Shown: one piece after another, positions 1-7,903 of the stretch
Position numbering within the stretch: the stretch's first letter is position 1
Layout of the letters: the number at the start of each line of letters is the position of its first letter
From: a virus
Taxonomy: Duplodnaviria > Caudoviricetes
Virus record (IMG/VR): IMGVR_UViG_3300020733_000063
Span: 1 to 26,593 of that record
Length of the DNA: 26,593 nt
Reading direction: 5' to 3' (one strand)
Position numbers and translations under genes: made by a program
The notes under the pieces: model-generated
What the model was told of the DNA's origin: nothing
Databases searched by the model: none
The model's input: only the letters and a program-made list of their open reading frames with translations

Positions 1-539
1 AAGGATGGGTGGGTGAAGTCGGGGCAAATCACGTTTGTGCCTAGGGCAGTTGTGATGAGATAGTTCCCGACTGTGTGATCGCAGATCTCCATGAGCCAGT
101 TACGACCCAAGGAATCTTTGGCAGTCTTGTTGATCTGAGGATCAACCAGCATCTCTGCGATCTCGTGCATGGCTACTGCTGCGATTCCCGGTGTGTAGCT
201 TGGCTTAGTGATTTGTCTACCCAAGATTGAAAGGCCTTTGACATACGTTCCCAGCGGGCTTCTCTTTCCGTAAGAATCGACTCGAATGTACGCGATTGGG
301 ATTCCGTTGACGGTTTCATGGTATCCGTAAGCGGTAGATTCCATTGCAAGATTTGGGAACTTGCTGACGAAGCAGACGTTCCAATCCGCAGTGGCTCTAG
401 CGAGTCCCTGTGTAACGCTAAAGCCCGTGAGACCCCACGCTGTACAGACCTGCTGGGTGAATGATGCGATGGCGTTCGTGATGGGACCGATCTGTGTCCC
501 GAGTGTGCCTGACTCATCGACTATGTTGATCGCTGGCAT
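1..539 (-). CDS. Putative HExxE metalloprotein, Phi_1/EXORDIUM-like motif set (3' truncated by window edge)
   Basis: Not in the ORF track; translated manually: MPAINIVDESG...AYGYHETVNGIPIAYI...AMHEIAEMLVDP...WLMEICDH...PDFTHPS. Frame is open to position 1; ATG overlaps the upstream TAA (TAATG). Confidence 0.7.
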   Translation of the reverse strand, partial: MPAINIVDESGTLGTQIGPITNAIASFTQQVCTAWGLTGFSVTQGLARATADWNVCFVSKFPNLAMESTAYGYHETVNGIPIAYIRVDSYGKRSPLGTYVKGLSILGRQITKPSYTPGIAAVAMHEIAEMLVDPQINKTAKDSLGRNWLMEICDHTVGNYLITTALGTNVICPDFTHPS

Positions 540-751
540 TATTCGGCAGCATCAATGGCGTCGTTGAAATCATTCTGCAGTTCGGCTAGTTTTTCTTCTA
601 GCTCGATGACAGCGAGCCATAGCTCGTTGATCTCTACAACGTTTTCGAGATCTTCGCCTTCTTCTAGGAAGAGGTTGATGATGACTGTGAAGGCTAGCAA
701 CAGACCGATTCCTACGAATGATCCTGCTACTGAGATTAAAAAGTTGTGCAT
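539..751 (-). CDS. Small membrane protein with acidic coiled-coil tail
   Basis: Hydrophobic N-terminus (FLISVAGSFVGIGLLLAFTVIINLFL); RBS AAGGAGA upstream. Confidence 0.8.
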   Translation of the reverse strand: MHNFLISVAGSFVGIGLLLAFTVIINLFLEEGEDLENVVEINELWLAVIELEEKLAELQNDFNDAIDAAE

Positions 752-791
752 TTGTTTCTCCTTATCGGTGTGTCGGCTTGATTTTTTTTCC

Positions 792-802
792 TGCTACAGT
801 AA
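792..802 (+). promoter_or_regulatory. Extended -10 motif TGCTACAGTAA, pointing antisense into whiB
   Basis: Fits TGnTAnnnT; identical 11-mer at 12684-12694 and a one-mismatch copy at 8167-8177 (minus). Confidence 0.45.
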
Positions 803-828
803 AATCGCCCATGTTGATGGGCGATTTT
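801..828. terminator. Perfect 12-bp hairpin, probable intrinsic terminator after whiB (possibly bidirectional)
   Basis: AAAATCGCCCAT-gttg-ATGGGCGATTTT, ending in a T4 run on both strands. Confidence 0.7.
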
Positions 829-836
829 CTGCTCTG

Positions 837-1085
837 CTACTTAACAGTCTGTAACTGCTTACGTAGTTTGTATCTGTCCCGGAAGTACGTTCCAGCCCAG
901 TAACCGTGCAGTTCTGGAATAGATACGGCATAGGCTAAGCATTCTGCTTTAACCGGACAGCTCTTGCAGAGCTGGACGATTGTCTTGTGTACGGTTTCTC
1001 CTACTTCAGGAAAAAATTCCTCGGTATCAATTCCCTCTTTATAGCAAGACGCTTCATCTCTCCAGAGATTCTCTCGACGGCTCAT
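837..1085 (-). CDS. whiB: WhiB-family Fe-S transcription factor
   Basis: W..ASC...FFP...CKSCPVKAEC...GYWAG: four Cys plus a variant of the G[VI]WGG turn. Confidence 0.92.
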   Translation of the reverse strand: MSRRENLWRDEASCYKEGIDTEEFFPEVGETVHKTIVQLCKSCPVKAECLAYAVSIPELHGYWAGTYFRDRYKLRKQLQTVK

Positions 1086-1216
1086 AGACCGAGCATTTCG
1101 ATGATGTCTTCATGTCCACGCTTCTCAAGGTAAGCCTTGGCGAGAACGTAGTCTTTTTCAGTTGGTGTTGGAATTGAGTTCATTACTGCTGTACTGCCCA
1201 TTAAGTCTGATGACAT
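1082..1216 (-). CDS. Hypothetical 44-aa protein
   Basis: Manual translation MSSDLMGSTAVMNSIPTPTEKDYVLAKAYLEKRGHEDIIEMLGL; stop overlaps the whiB ATG (ATGA) and fills the gap. Confidence 0.65.
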   Translation of the reverse strand: MSSDLMGSTAVMNSIPTPTEKDYVLAKAYLEKRGHEDIIEMLGL

Positions 1217-1217
1217 G

Positions 1218-1385
1218 TCATCCTCCGGTCTTGTAGAACCCTGTTCCATTGAACACGATTGGTACAGCGGAGAATACTTTGGTCATGGAGGTTTGGCAAC
1301 AAACCGGCAATGTAGACTCGCCGAAGTTCATGTACACCTCAATGGTGGACCCACACTTCTCGCACTTAAAGTCGTAGTTAGGCAC
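1218..1385 (-). CDS. FmdB-family zinc-ribbon protein
   Basis: GTG start; PNYDFKCEKCG...PVCCQTSMTKVFSAVPIVFNGTGFYKTGG matches the P.Y.Y.CxxCG...F.G.GFY.T pattern. Confidence 0.85.
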   Translation of the reverse strand: MPNYDFKCEKCGSTIEVYMNFGESTLPVCCQTSMTKVFSAVPIVFNGTGFYKTGG

Positions 1386-1587
1386 AATCAAATCCTTCAT
1401 CTATAGGCGTGGGTGCGGTAGATGTAGCACCGCACATGGCACACTCCTGCAGCAGGTCATACCAGCCCACTGCACGAGTGTCTTCGTCCCACATTACGGT
1501 AATTTTGAACATTGCCGATCCGCAGATACAGGCAAAGGTAGGTATCTCTCCATCAAAGGAGAAATCAATCGACTGGTCGATCAGCAT
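1378..1587 (-). CDS. Small zinc-binding phage protein
   Basis: PTFACICGS...ECAMCG...APTPID; start placed at MLIDQ behind a GAGGAG RBS. Confidence 0.75.
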   Translation of the reverse strand: MLIDQSIDFSFDGEIPTFACICGSAMFKITVMWDEDTRAVGWYDLLQECAMCGATSTAPTPIDEGFDCA

Positions 1588-2335
1588 TCTTACGCTCCTC
1601 GTTGTCCCAGAACAACTTGTAGAAGTCAACGTCAAAGGAAAAGCGCTTCATGTGCTGTACTACTGCACCGGTGTGTGCGTAGAGTGGCACTTCTGCTTCT
1701 CGCATGAGTCGGAAGAAGTTGATGTCTTCAGATACGAACTTGTCACCAACGCCAGTCTCATTGAAGAACGGCGTATCGCCAAGTTTCTCTCGCATCTGCT
1801 TAGCAGCATTGCGGTGCATGAGCACCAAGCCAAAGCCAGCAGCACCGACACGAACAAGAGAATTAACTGGGAGTGGATGTACATAGGCAAGCTTGTAAGG
1901 GTCCTCGGTCCATGAGAAGAGAGATGGGAATGGCGTCATCAGTGCCTGCTCGTTCTCCTTGGAGATGAAGTAGGTACCGGAGATCACCGGACGTGCTACA
2001 GGATCTGCCTCATTCCAGAGCTTCTGTAGTACCTCTGGGGTTACCACGATGTCTGAGTCGATCCAGAGGATCCAGTCAAAGTCTGTGTAATCATACCAGT
2101 AATCAAAGGCGTTCTGACGCTGACGTCCGATCTGATTACCCTGCACACGCATGGCAGATCGAATAGGTACATTGCCAGCTAGGATCGAATAGACCAGACC
2201 TTCAGCAAACTTGCCGTCTACCGAGCCACCGTCGCACCAAGCGACGATGATGTTGTTATTCTTCGGCTTCGGCTTGTCTTGGTTCTGCACTGCCACTCGC
2301 TTCATCTCCGACTTGCTCTTGGTTGTCTTGGTCAT
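1565..2335 (-). CDS. Glycosyltransferase, GT-A/GT2-like
   Basis: WILWIDSDIV (DxD motif), GAAGFGLVLMHR, SEDINFF. Confidence 0.8.
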   Translation of the reverse strand: MTKTTKSKSEMKRVAVQNQDKPKPKNNNIIVAWCDGGSVDGKFAEGLVYSILAGNVPIRSAMRVQGNQIGRQRQNAFDYWYDYTDFDWILWIDSDIVVTPEVLQKLWNEADPVARPVISGTYFISKENEQALMTPFPSLFSWTEDPYKLAYVHPLPVNSLVRVGAAGFGLVLMHRNAAKQMREKLGDTPFFNETGVGDKFVSEDINFFRLMREAEVPLYAHTGAVVQHMKRFSFDVDFYKLFWDNEERKNADRPVD

Positions 2336-2948
2336 CGTAAGGTTTCCATCCTCCTAGGTGTTGTACAAGTGATGCCAGCGAACGCTGGACTTTCATGCGA
2401 GCACCGTCAGGTGTCGTTGCTAGAGTCTCTGATAGTGCTTTCCAGTCCCCATGCTCCTTGCCAAAGGCAAGTCGTAGGATGTTCTGCTTAGCCTCTGAGA
2501 GTGCGTAGAACGCCTTGGCAATGTCAGCCCGTAGTACGAGCCAGTTCATGCCATCGCTTACCTCTCCCCCACCACCGAACTTAGAGTTCAGGTCTTGGAT
2601 CTTGGCTGGCATCTCATAGGATTCTTGGATAATGCTTGGTAAAAATGCCTCGACTACCGAGGTGTCGTAGTAGTACAGATCAGATAAGTCGTATTTGATG
2701 ATCTTGGCTTTCTCTCTTTCGCAGTACTTGAGCGCAGCGTTGCGAAGCGACTTAGCAATCAGCTTTTCACGCTCTTTCTCTGGGTATGACTGCCACTCCT
2801 TAAACTTGCGAGGATGGCTTACAAACCACATAAACATCTCTTGCTTAATGTCATTGATCTCTAAGACGTAATAGCGTCTCTTGTACTCCTGAGCCAGTTT
2901 TGAGACCATCTCGGAGTATTCCTCTACCCAGCTATCGTCTTGCTTCAT
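2256..2948 (-). CDS. Phage sigma-70-like transcription factor
   Basis: Region 2-like DIKQEMFMWF...LRNAALKY; region 4-like LSEAKQNILRLAFG...ALSETL...ARMKVQRSLASL. Confidence 0.75.
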   Translation of the reverse strand: MKQDDSWVEEYSEMVSKLAQEYKRRYYVLEINDIKQEMFMWFVSHPRKFKEWQSYPEKEREKLIAKSLRNAALKYCEREKAKIIKYDLSDLYYYDTSVVEAFLPSIIQESYEMPAKIQDLNSKFGGGGEVSDGMNWLVLRADIAKAFYALSEAKQNILRLAFGKEHGDWKALSETLATTPDGARMKVQRSLASLVQHLGGWKPYDDQDNQEQVGDEASGSAEPRQAEAEE

Positions 2949-3685
2949 GGAAGTTGGATTTCTCCCTTGACAATAGGTACTGCATAGGGTGTAACCTTTC
3001 GGTTATGTTCAACCAAGATACCGATACCTTGCTGCCAGTTAGCGATACCACTTGTAAGGTAGGATGCCTGCTTAATATCCATAAGGTGACCGACCTCAAG
3101 CCCGAAGATAGTATTGGTATCTCCATTGAGTCCGGTAGTTTCGTGTTGCAAGCCGAGCTTATGAGTGTGCCCGCATACAACGCTCTTGCCAAGTTTCTTC
3201 GCAAGGCTCATAGCTGTGCTGCCGGGAGTCTGGACGGAGCGACCTTCATCTCCATGTGCCATTACCCATCCGGGGAGAAGCTCCTTGAACCCGTGAAGGT
3301 ATTGGATCTTAAGCTCATCATAACCGATAAGCTTTTCGACTTTAGTACTACGAAGACTATTAAGGGCAGGAGCGTACTTGTTGATGTACGTCTCGATGCG
3401 ATCCGTATGGTTGCTGCGTTGAATTACAAACTTTTTATTCCAACCAAGGGCGATACGGAAGTCGAGCATTAAGTCATGCAAGCCATCTATGTCATCTTGT
3501 AGCGTGTCATTGTATTCTCCACGCATTCCTTTGTTCCAACGACTTGGCTGAGGAGCGTCAAGCTCATCTCCTACGCACCATAGTTCATCTGGCTTCTCAT
3601 GCTTAACAAAGTCAATAACGGTCTTGATCGCTTTAGGGTCGTGGTATGGGTATTGGATGTCGCTTAGTACTACGATCTTCTTCAT
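2945..3685 (-). CDS. Calcineurin-like metallophosphoesterase
   Basis: VLSDIQYP, GDELD, SNH (GNH variant), AHGD, GHTH motifs; start placed at MKKIVV with a GGAGAGG RBS. Confidence 0.9.
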   Translation of the reverse strand: MKKIVVLSDIQYPYHDPKAIKTVIDFVKHEKPDELWCVGDELDAPQPSRWNKGMRGEYNDTLQDDIDGLHDLMLDFRIALGWNKKFVIQRSNHTDRIETYINKYAPALNSLRSTKVEKLIGYDELKIQYLHGFKELLPGWVMAHGDEGRSVQTPGSTAMSLAKKLGKSVVCGHTHKLGLQHETTGLNGDTNTIFGLEVGHLMDIKQASYLTSGIANWQQGIGILVEHNRKVTPYAVPIVKGEIQLP

Positions 3686-3757
3686 GCGGTCTACCTCTCC
3701 ACCGACCATTTAGTCGGTGTGAGAAGTATGACACAGCAGATGTCCGTATTGTGAGAT

Positions 3758-4288
3758 TTATCCTACTTGTCGCATGAGATTACGTACGGTTCCTTGTAGG
3801 GTTTTTAAGGTACCTGAATTGCTGATGTAGCAGTCTTCTTCGATTTCCTTGCTTGCATGCTCTGAGATGTGATCGTTGACCGGACCAACACCCGGACGCT
3901 CTACACGCCAGATCTTTCCATTCAATGCCCAGATAGCTTCCATCTCGTTAGGAAAGCGTACATCTGTAATTACATAGTCGTACCTAAGGGGGTCAACCAT
4001 TTGAGCCATTGCTTGCTTGACCCAGAAGTCTTCACCAAAGACAGTGCGAGCACCTACGCCTAGAGTTTGCAATAATCTTCGCACTTCAGGATATTGTTTG
4101 ACTTTATCCCAGCCACCACCCATGTCTACCGCATCTTTAAGATGGTATCCAAAATAGGGGTTAATCTCGTAGAGGAGTTCTTTGATCTTATCGGCAAAGG
4201 CAATACGGATAAAGCCGAAGTCTCTTACGAGAACCTCGGCTACTGAATCCTTACCCGACTGTGCGTATCCGCTAAGACCTATCAGCAT
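3758..4288 (-). CDS. Deoxynucleoside monophosphate kinase
   Basis: GLSGYAQSGKD P-loop, FADKIK, RRLLQTLG, ITDVRFPNE, HISE. Confidence 0.92.
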   Translation of the reverse strand: MLIGLSGYAQSGKDSVAEVLVRDFGFIRIAFADKIKELLYEINPYFGYHLKDAVDMGGGWDKVKQYPEVRRLLQTLGVGARTVFGEDFWVKQAMAQMVDPLRYDYVITDVRFPNEMEAIWALNGKIWRVERPGVGPVNDHISEHASKEIEEDCYISNSGTLKTLQGTVRNLMRQVG

Positions 4289-4580
4289 CTTCAGCTGCCT
4301 TAAACTCAAAGTTGGTCATGTCTACCTTGCGTTCATTGAGCTTATCCCAGACTGCCTTGCCTTGACCTAGAGGTGCTGCAACAAGCAGCGCCGTCAATGC
4401 AATCAGTAGGTCTTCTCCTTTTTTGCGGTCTGTCTCATAAGCAAAATAAATGTCGTAAAGAGAACCAAAAAGATCCAATACTTTATCGTCCGAGATGGGA
4501 ATCCCAATCGATGCTTCCATTGTTCTGACATGTTTCCAGATGCTCCTATCCAGCGGTAATACAATCTCTGATTCGCTCAT
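4272..4580 (-). CDS. Hypothetical protein
   Basis: Fills the gap between primase and kinase with short overlaps; start uncertain (4580 or 4598). Confidence 0.65.
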   Translation of the reverse strand: MSESEIVLPLDRSIWKHVRTMEASIGIPISDDKVLDLFGSLYDIYFAYETDRKKGEDLLIALTALLVAAPLGQGKAVWDKLNERKVDMTNFEFKAAEDADRS

Positions 4581-5178
4581 CGATCCAGTCCTTTCCATAC
4601 TTTAGTATGACGCTATTTACGTCTTCTCCCTCGGGCATTGGGATGACATTCACGTTGGAGAGTTCTCTACCAACCTTCTTGCCCATCTCACTACCAGCCT
4701 TGTCACCGTCAGCTAACACGATCACAATGTCGAAATCATCCAAGATACGTCCGTAATGTGGCTTCCATGACGAAGCCCCGGGTAGTCCTACCGTTGGATG
4801 CGCTGTCTTTGTAGTCATCATTATACAATCAAACTCACCTTCAGTGAGGCAGATGTACTTCGTGGCTGTAAAGACTGCATTAGTGTTGTACATAGTTGTT
4901 TCGGCACCGGGTAAACCAAGGTACTTAGGCTCTTCCCCGTGCATAGATCTTGTACGAATGTCTACCACGCCACTAGGCGTGAGGTAAGGAATAGTTAAAC
5001 GTCCTACGATTGCTTCGTGACTAGGAAGCGGATCTACGACTACTCCCAGTCCAAACGCTCGGGCTTCGTCGACCGAGAGACCCCGTGTTGCGAGATACTC
5101 CTCCGCTTGGCCTATGTGTTTTGAATACTGGATTGTGGCCTTCTGCAGAAATGCTCGATGCGAACTCGATAGCTTCAC
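4546..5178 (-). CDS. DNA primase catalytic (TOPRIM) subunit
   Basis: YLATRGL, RLTIPY, PKYL, TEGEFD, GLPG, ADGDKAG, EDVN. Confidence 0.92.
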   Translation of the reverse strand: MKLSSSHRAFLQKATIQYSKHIGQAEEYLATRGLSVDEARAFGLGVVVDPLPSHEAIVGRLTIPYLTPSGVVDIRTRSMHGEEPKYLGLPGAETTMYNTNAVFTATKYICLTEGEFDCIMMTTKTAHPTVGLPGASSWKPHYGRILDDFDIVIVLADGDKAGSEMGKKVGRELSNVNVIPMPEGEDVNSVILKYGKDWIDERIRDCITAG

Positions 5179-5395
5179 TTAATGTACCGCCTCTCTCTTT
5201 GCGTATTAGATCGTATGTATCTCCTGCTACGTCACAACCGTGACACTTGAACCTGTTAAGGTCAAAGTTCACGGCTGCGCTCGCGTTACGATCATCGTGG
5301 TATGGACACTTCATCTTTCTCCAACCGTGTCCTCTAGCTGGTACTGTCGCACCTATGTGGTGCAAGAAGTCTTCAATGCTGTGTTTGTCCGTCAT
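5021..5395 (-). CDS. DNA primase CHC2 zinc-finger subunit
   Basis: CPYHDDRNAS...FKCHGC...GD.YDLI; its tail overlaps the TOPRIM ORF in another frame. Confidence 0.88.
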   Translation of the reverse strand: MTDKHSIEDFLHHIGATVPARGHGWRKMKCPYHDDRNASAAVNFDLNRFKCHGCDVAGDTYDLIRKERGGTLSEAIEFASSISAEGHNPVFKTHRPSGGVSRNTGSLGRRSPSVWTGSSRRSAS

Positions 5396-5732
5396 TCTTC
5401 ATCGCTCTCTTTAGAAGTTCGATCCAAATATGTGCGGGTTGGGTGCAGTACCATTCTCCTACATCAGCTTTCCCCTTGCGCTTATGCAGAACTGTTCCCG
5501 TCCAAGCTTTATCGTTGGACATCTCCAGCTCTAGTTCTGCAACCCACCCACCTAGATTCATCGTCGCGTGGTTCTTGATCTCAATAGTGACACCAAGTAC
5601 CCCGGAGATGTCTCCTTTGTCTAAAGTAGCACCAGCTAATCGTCTATCTGTATAAGGGAATCCTCGTTCCTTTAGCCATTTAACGACGTCTAGTTCTGCC
5701 TTAGAACCCTTTGCTTTAGCTGCGTTACTCAT
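5373..5732 (-). CDS. Holliday junction resolvase (Hjc-like PD-(D/E)XK)
   Basis: MSNAAKAKGSKAE...DKGDI...IEIKN; ATG coupled to the helicase stop (ATGA). Confidence 0.85.
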   Translation of the reverse strand: MSNAAKAKGSKAELDVVKWLKERGFPYTDRRLAGATLDKGDISGVLGVTIEIKNHATMNLGGWVAELELEMSNDKAWTGTVLHKRKGKADVGEWYCTQPAHIWIELLKRAMKNDGQTQH

Positions 5733-6553
5733 ACAACCATCATCTCCTCTTGATCGTAGGTACGCATTACATCTTCCAAGTACATCGACTCTGGGTCGAA
5801 GACTAATTGTACATAAGTATTGCCGGTTTGGTCTGCTCTTCCGTAGCGATTCTTGACAGGTGCTATGCACATGTACTGATCGAGTCCAGTAGGCAGCATG
5901 TAGGTACCGATGGTTAAGACCATCGCTGGTACCTGTGCAACCTTACCCTGCAACGCTGAGCGTGGCTGGCAAGGATGTCCCGGTGAGCCTTCTTGAGTGT
6001 GGTGTAGCACTAGCACTGAGGCGTTAGTGTCACGAGCCATGAACTTCAGCTCTTTCATAATCTGACGCATGGCAGCAAACTCCTCGAAGCCATCCATTGT
6101 GATGTCCATAAGGTTATCTACCACGATCATGGTAGGTGATCTACCCCAGATAGTCTCAAAGGCACTGACTTCTTCGTCGATGTCTCGAAGGCTAGGACTA
6201 GACTCAAAGGACCAATAGATGTGGCTGTTATCCTGCAGAATCTGTTCTGCGAGATCAGGGTTGGCTTTGATGGTGTTCTCTGCTTGCTGTTGTGTCATCT
6301 TCCCTGACATAGCGATAAGTCGCATAGCCATGGTGTGAGCATTGGTATCAGCTGAGAAGTAAAGGACAGGTTGTTTCAATCGAGAAGCAATCGCTAAGGC
6401 AATAGAAGATTTACCAGCGCCGGGTGTACCGGCGATGACTGTAACTTCAGCACGACGAAGAACGATTCCGGCTCTCTCGAAAGCTTGAAAGGGAGCCGGT
6501 AAAGGCTCCCCTCCAACTTCTGCTTTACGAACGGATCGTCGTAAGGTTTTCAT
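5729..6553 (-). CDS. DnaB-like helicase (RecA-fold domain only, 274 aa)
   Basis: Walker A GTPGAGKS, Walker B IVVDNL, VLHH, VKNRYG arginine finger. Confidence 0.92.
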   Translation of the reverse strand: MKTLRRSVRKAEVGGEPLPAPFQAFERAGIVLRRAEVTVIAGTPGAGKSSIALAIASRLKQPVLYFSADTNAHTMAMRLIAMSGKMTQQQAENTIKANPDLAEQILQDNSHIYWSFESSPSLRDIDEEVSAFETIWGRSPTMIVVDNLMDITMDGFEEFAAMRQIMKELKFMARDTNASVLVLHHTQEGSPGHPCQPRSALQGKVAQVPAMVLTIGTYMLPTGLDQYMCIAPVKNRYGRADQTGNTYVQLVFDPESMYLEDVMRTYDQEEMMVV

Positions 6554-7017
6554 TACTTAATGCGATCTGCCACGAACATGACGAACTCTGGGTCATGCTT
6601 CTGTAGGTACTGTGTCTTGCACTTGTCGACAGTTCCTTGCGGTGATGGACAGAAGTAACCTTTATAGATACCACCATCTTTAGACGCACCTTGAATACCT
6701 GTCATCTTTCCATGCTTGCAGTTACGACCACCCCCTGCTGCAGGAGCTGGGTTAAAAGGTGGGACGTCCTGTACCACTGTTGCACCTAGTGATGACTGCA
6801 ATAGGCTCTGTGCGTTAGGTGTAAGCCCAACGATAGGTGCTTGTGCAGCTGATCGACCTGCGACTGATGCTTCAAGTTCTGTTACTGCTGACTTGATTGA
6901 CTCAAGCGCTAACGCAATAACGTTATCGAGTTCTTGTTCTGATTCAGCGCGTACTGTTACGAGACTACCAATAGTAGTCTTGACGGTGATACTGATTCGT
7001 GCTTCTGTACTGCTCAT
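6553..7017 (-). CDS. Hypothetical protein with C-terminal zinc ribbon
   Basis: CKHGKM...YKGYFCP...KC; start MSSTEA coupled to the exonuclease stop, RBS AAGGAGA. Confidence 0.8.
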   Translation of the reverse strand: MSSTEARISITVKTTIGSLVTVRAESEQELDNVIALALESIKSAVTELEASVAGRSAAQAPIVGLTPNAQSLLQSSLGATVVQDVPPFNPAPAAGGGRNCKHGKMTGIQGASKDGGIYKGYFCPSPQGTVDKCKTQYLQKHDPEFVMFVADRIK

Positions 7018-7643
7018 TGCTTCTCCTTTGGGTTCCATTCGCATTCTGCGGCGTATCCGCACATGCCACAAGCATCTAAGTTCGCCATAAAGATACCACT
7101 CTTTCTGGCTTTATCGAACATGCCAACCAGCGATTCGATCATGTCATCTGTAAAGATGGTCAGATCGAGAGGTGCTGACACTTCCTGTTTTCTTGCCATC
7201 CAATAATAACCTATGTCAGCTTGGATGCCAAAGTTCTTCTTCAACCCATAACGATAGAAGGCGGGCTGAAGTCCATCTCGGGGTGTAGTTTTGCCCGTCT
7301 TGATGTCGAGCACTGCGTAGACACCTGTAGCTTTGTGTCGCATTACTCGGTCCAGATACATCTTTACCGGTAACCCTGCGATCTCTACTGATATATCTAG
7401 TTCTACTGCTGGTCTGCCATCTTCTAACTTGGCAATCTCCCACACATCCTCGTTCTGCTTACGCCACTCAACCCAGTTAGCGAAGAACTTGTAACCATGG
7501 GTGTACCACCAGTCACCATCCTCTGGGTCACGCTTAGCATTGGCTACACGCCATGTACCGGACGTGCTGAGATCATACTCAGCGCGTTGTGCTTCAGTCT
7601 GTTGCCACGCAGCTTTCCATAAGTCGATCAGTTCAATAGCCAT
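7014..7643 (-). CDS. Cas4/RecB-like PD-(D/E)XK exonuclease, C-terminal (catalytic) part
   Basis: AVE...YLDRV...LDIKTG...LQPAFY and C-terminal CGMCGYAAEC. Confidence 0.88.
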   Translation of the reverse strand: MAIELIDLWKAAWQQTEAQRAEYDLSTSGTWRVANAKRDPEDGDWWYTHGYKFFANWVEWRKQNEDVWEIAKLEDGRPAVELDISVEIAGLPVKMYLDRVMRHKATGVYAVLDIKTGKTTPRDGLQPAFYRYGLKKNFGIQADIGYYWMARKQEVSAPLDLTIFTDDMIESLVGMFDKARKSGIFMANLDACGMCGYAAECEWNPKEKQ

Positions 7644-7903
7644 TATGCCAACTCCTTCTCAATAGCCTGAATAGTTGGGCAGGGATAATTTGCTTCTATT
7701 GGTGGCAGATAATCTCCCCTATCTTCTAAACAATGCGTGCAATTTGCACCGTTCCATTCAGGAACGGTTGGGTTTTGCCAGTATGTAGGCTTATGCAATT
7801 CCACTACTGCGCGAAGGGCGGGGTATGCATTAGTTCGTGCAGAAACTTCTGCAACTAAATCTTCAAGTCTGTCTATTTCTGCCAACAATTCATCGTGGGT
7901 CAT
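7643..7903 (-). CDS. Hypothetical His/Cys zinc-binding protein inserted within the exonuclease locus
   Basis: MTHDELLAE...LRAVVELHKP...CTHC...YPCPTIQAI; coupled at both ends (ATGA and TAATG). Confidence 0.8.
   Translation of the reverse strand: MTHDELLAEIDRLEDLVAEVSARTNAYPALRAVVELHKPTYWQNPTVPEWNGANCTHCLEDRGDYLPPIEANYPCPTIQAIEKELA

Noticed and set aside
173-517. 114-aa minus-strand ORF from the track
   Set aside because: Shadow frame of the 1-539 gene, which has a coupled start and recognisable motifs.
2900-3472. 190-aa plus-strand ORF, and similar antisense ORFs at 1409-1915, 5240-5578 and 6716-7090
   Set aside because: Antisense to well-supported genes, with no motifs.
7643-7903. Group I intron or homing endonuclease interrupting the exonuclease
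   Set aside because: The insert is entirely coding, with no room for a ribozyme core, and shows no clear HNH, LAGLIDADG or GIY-YIG motif.
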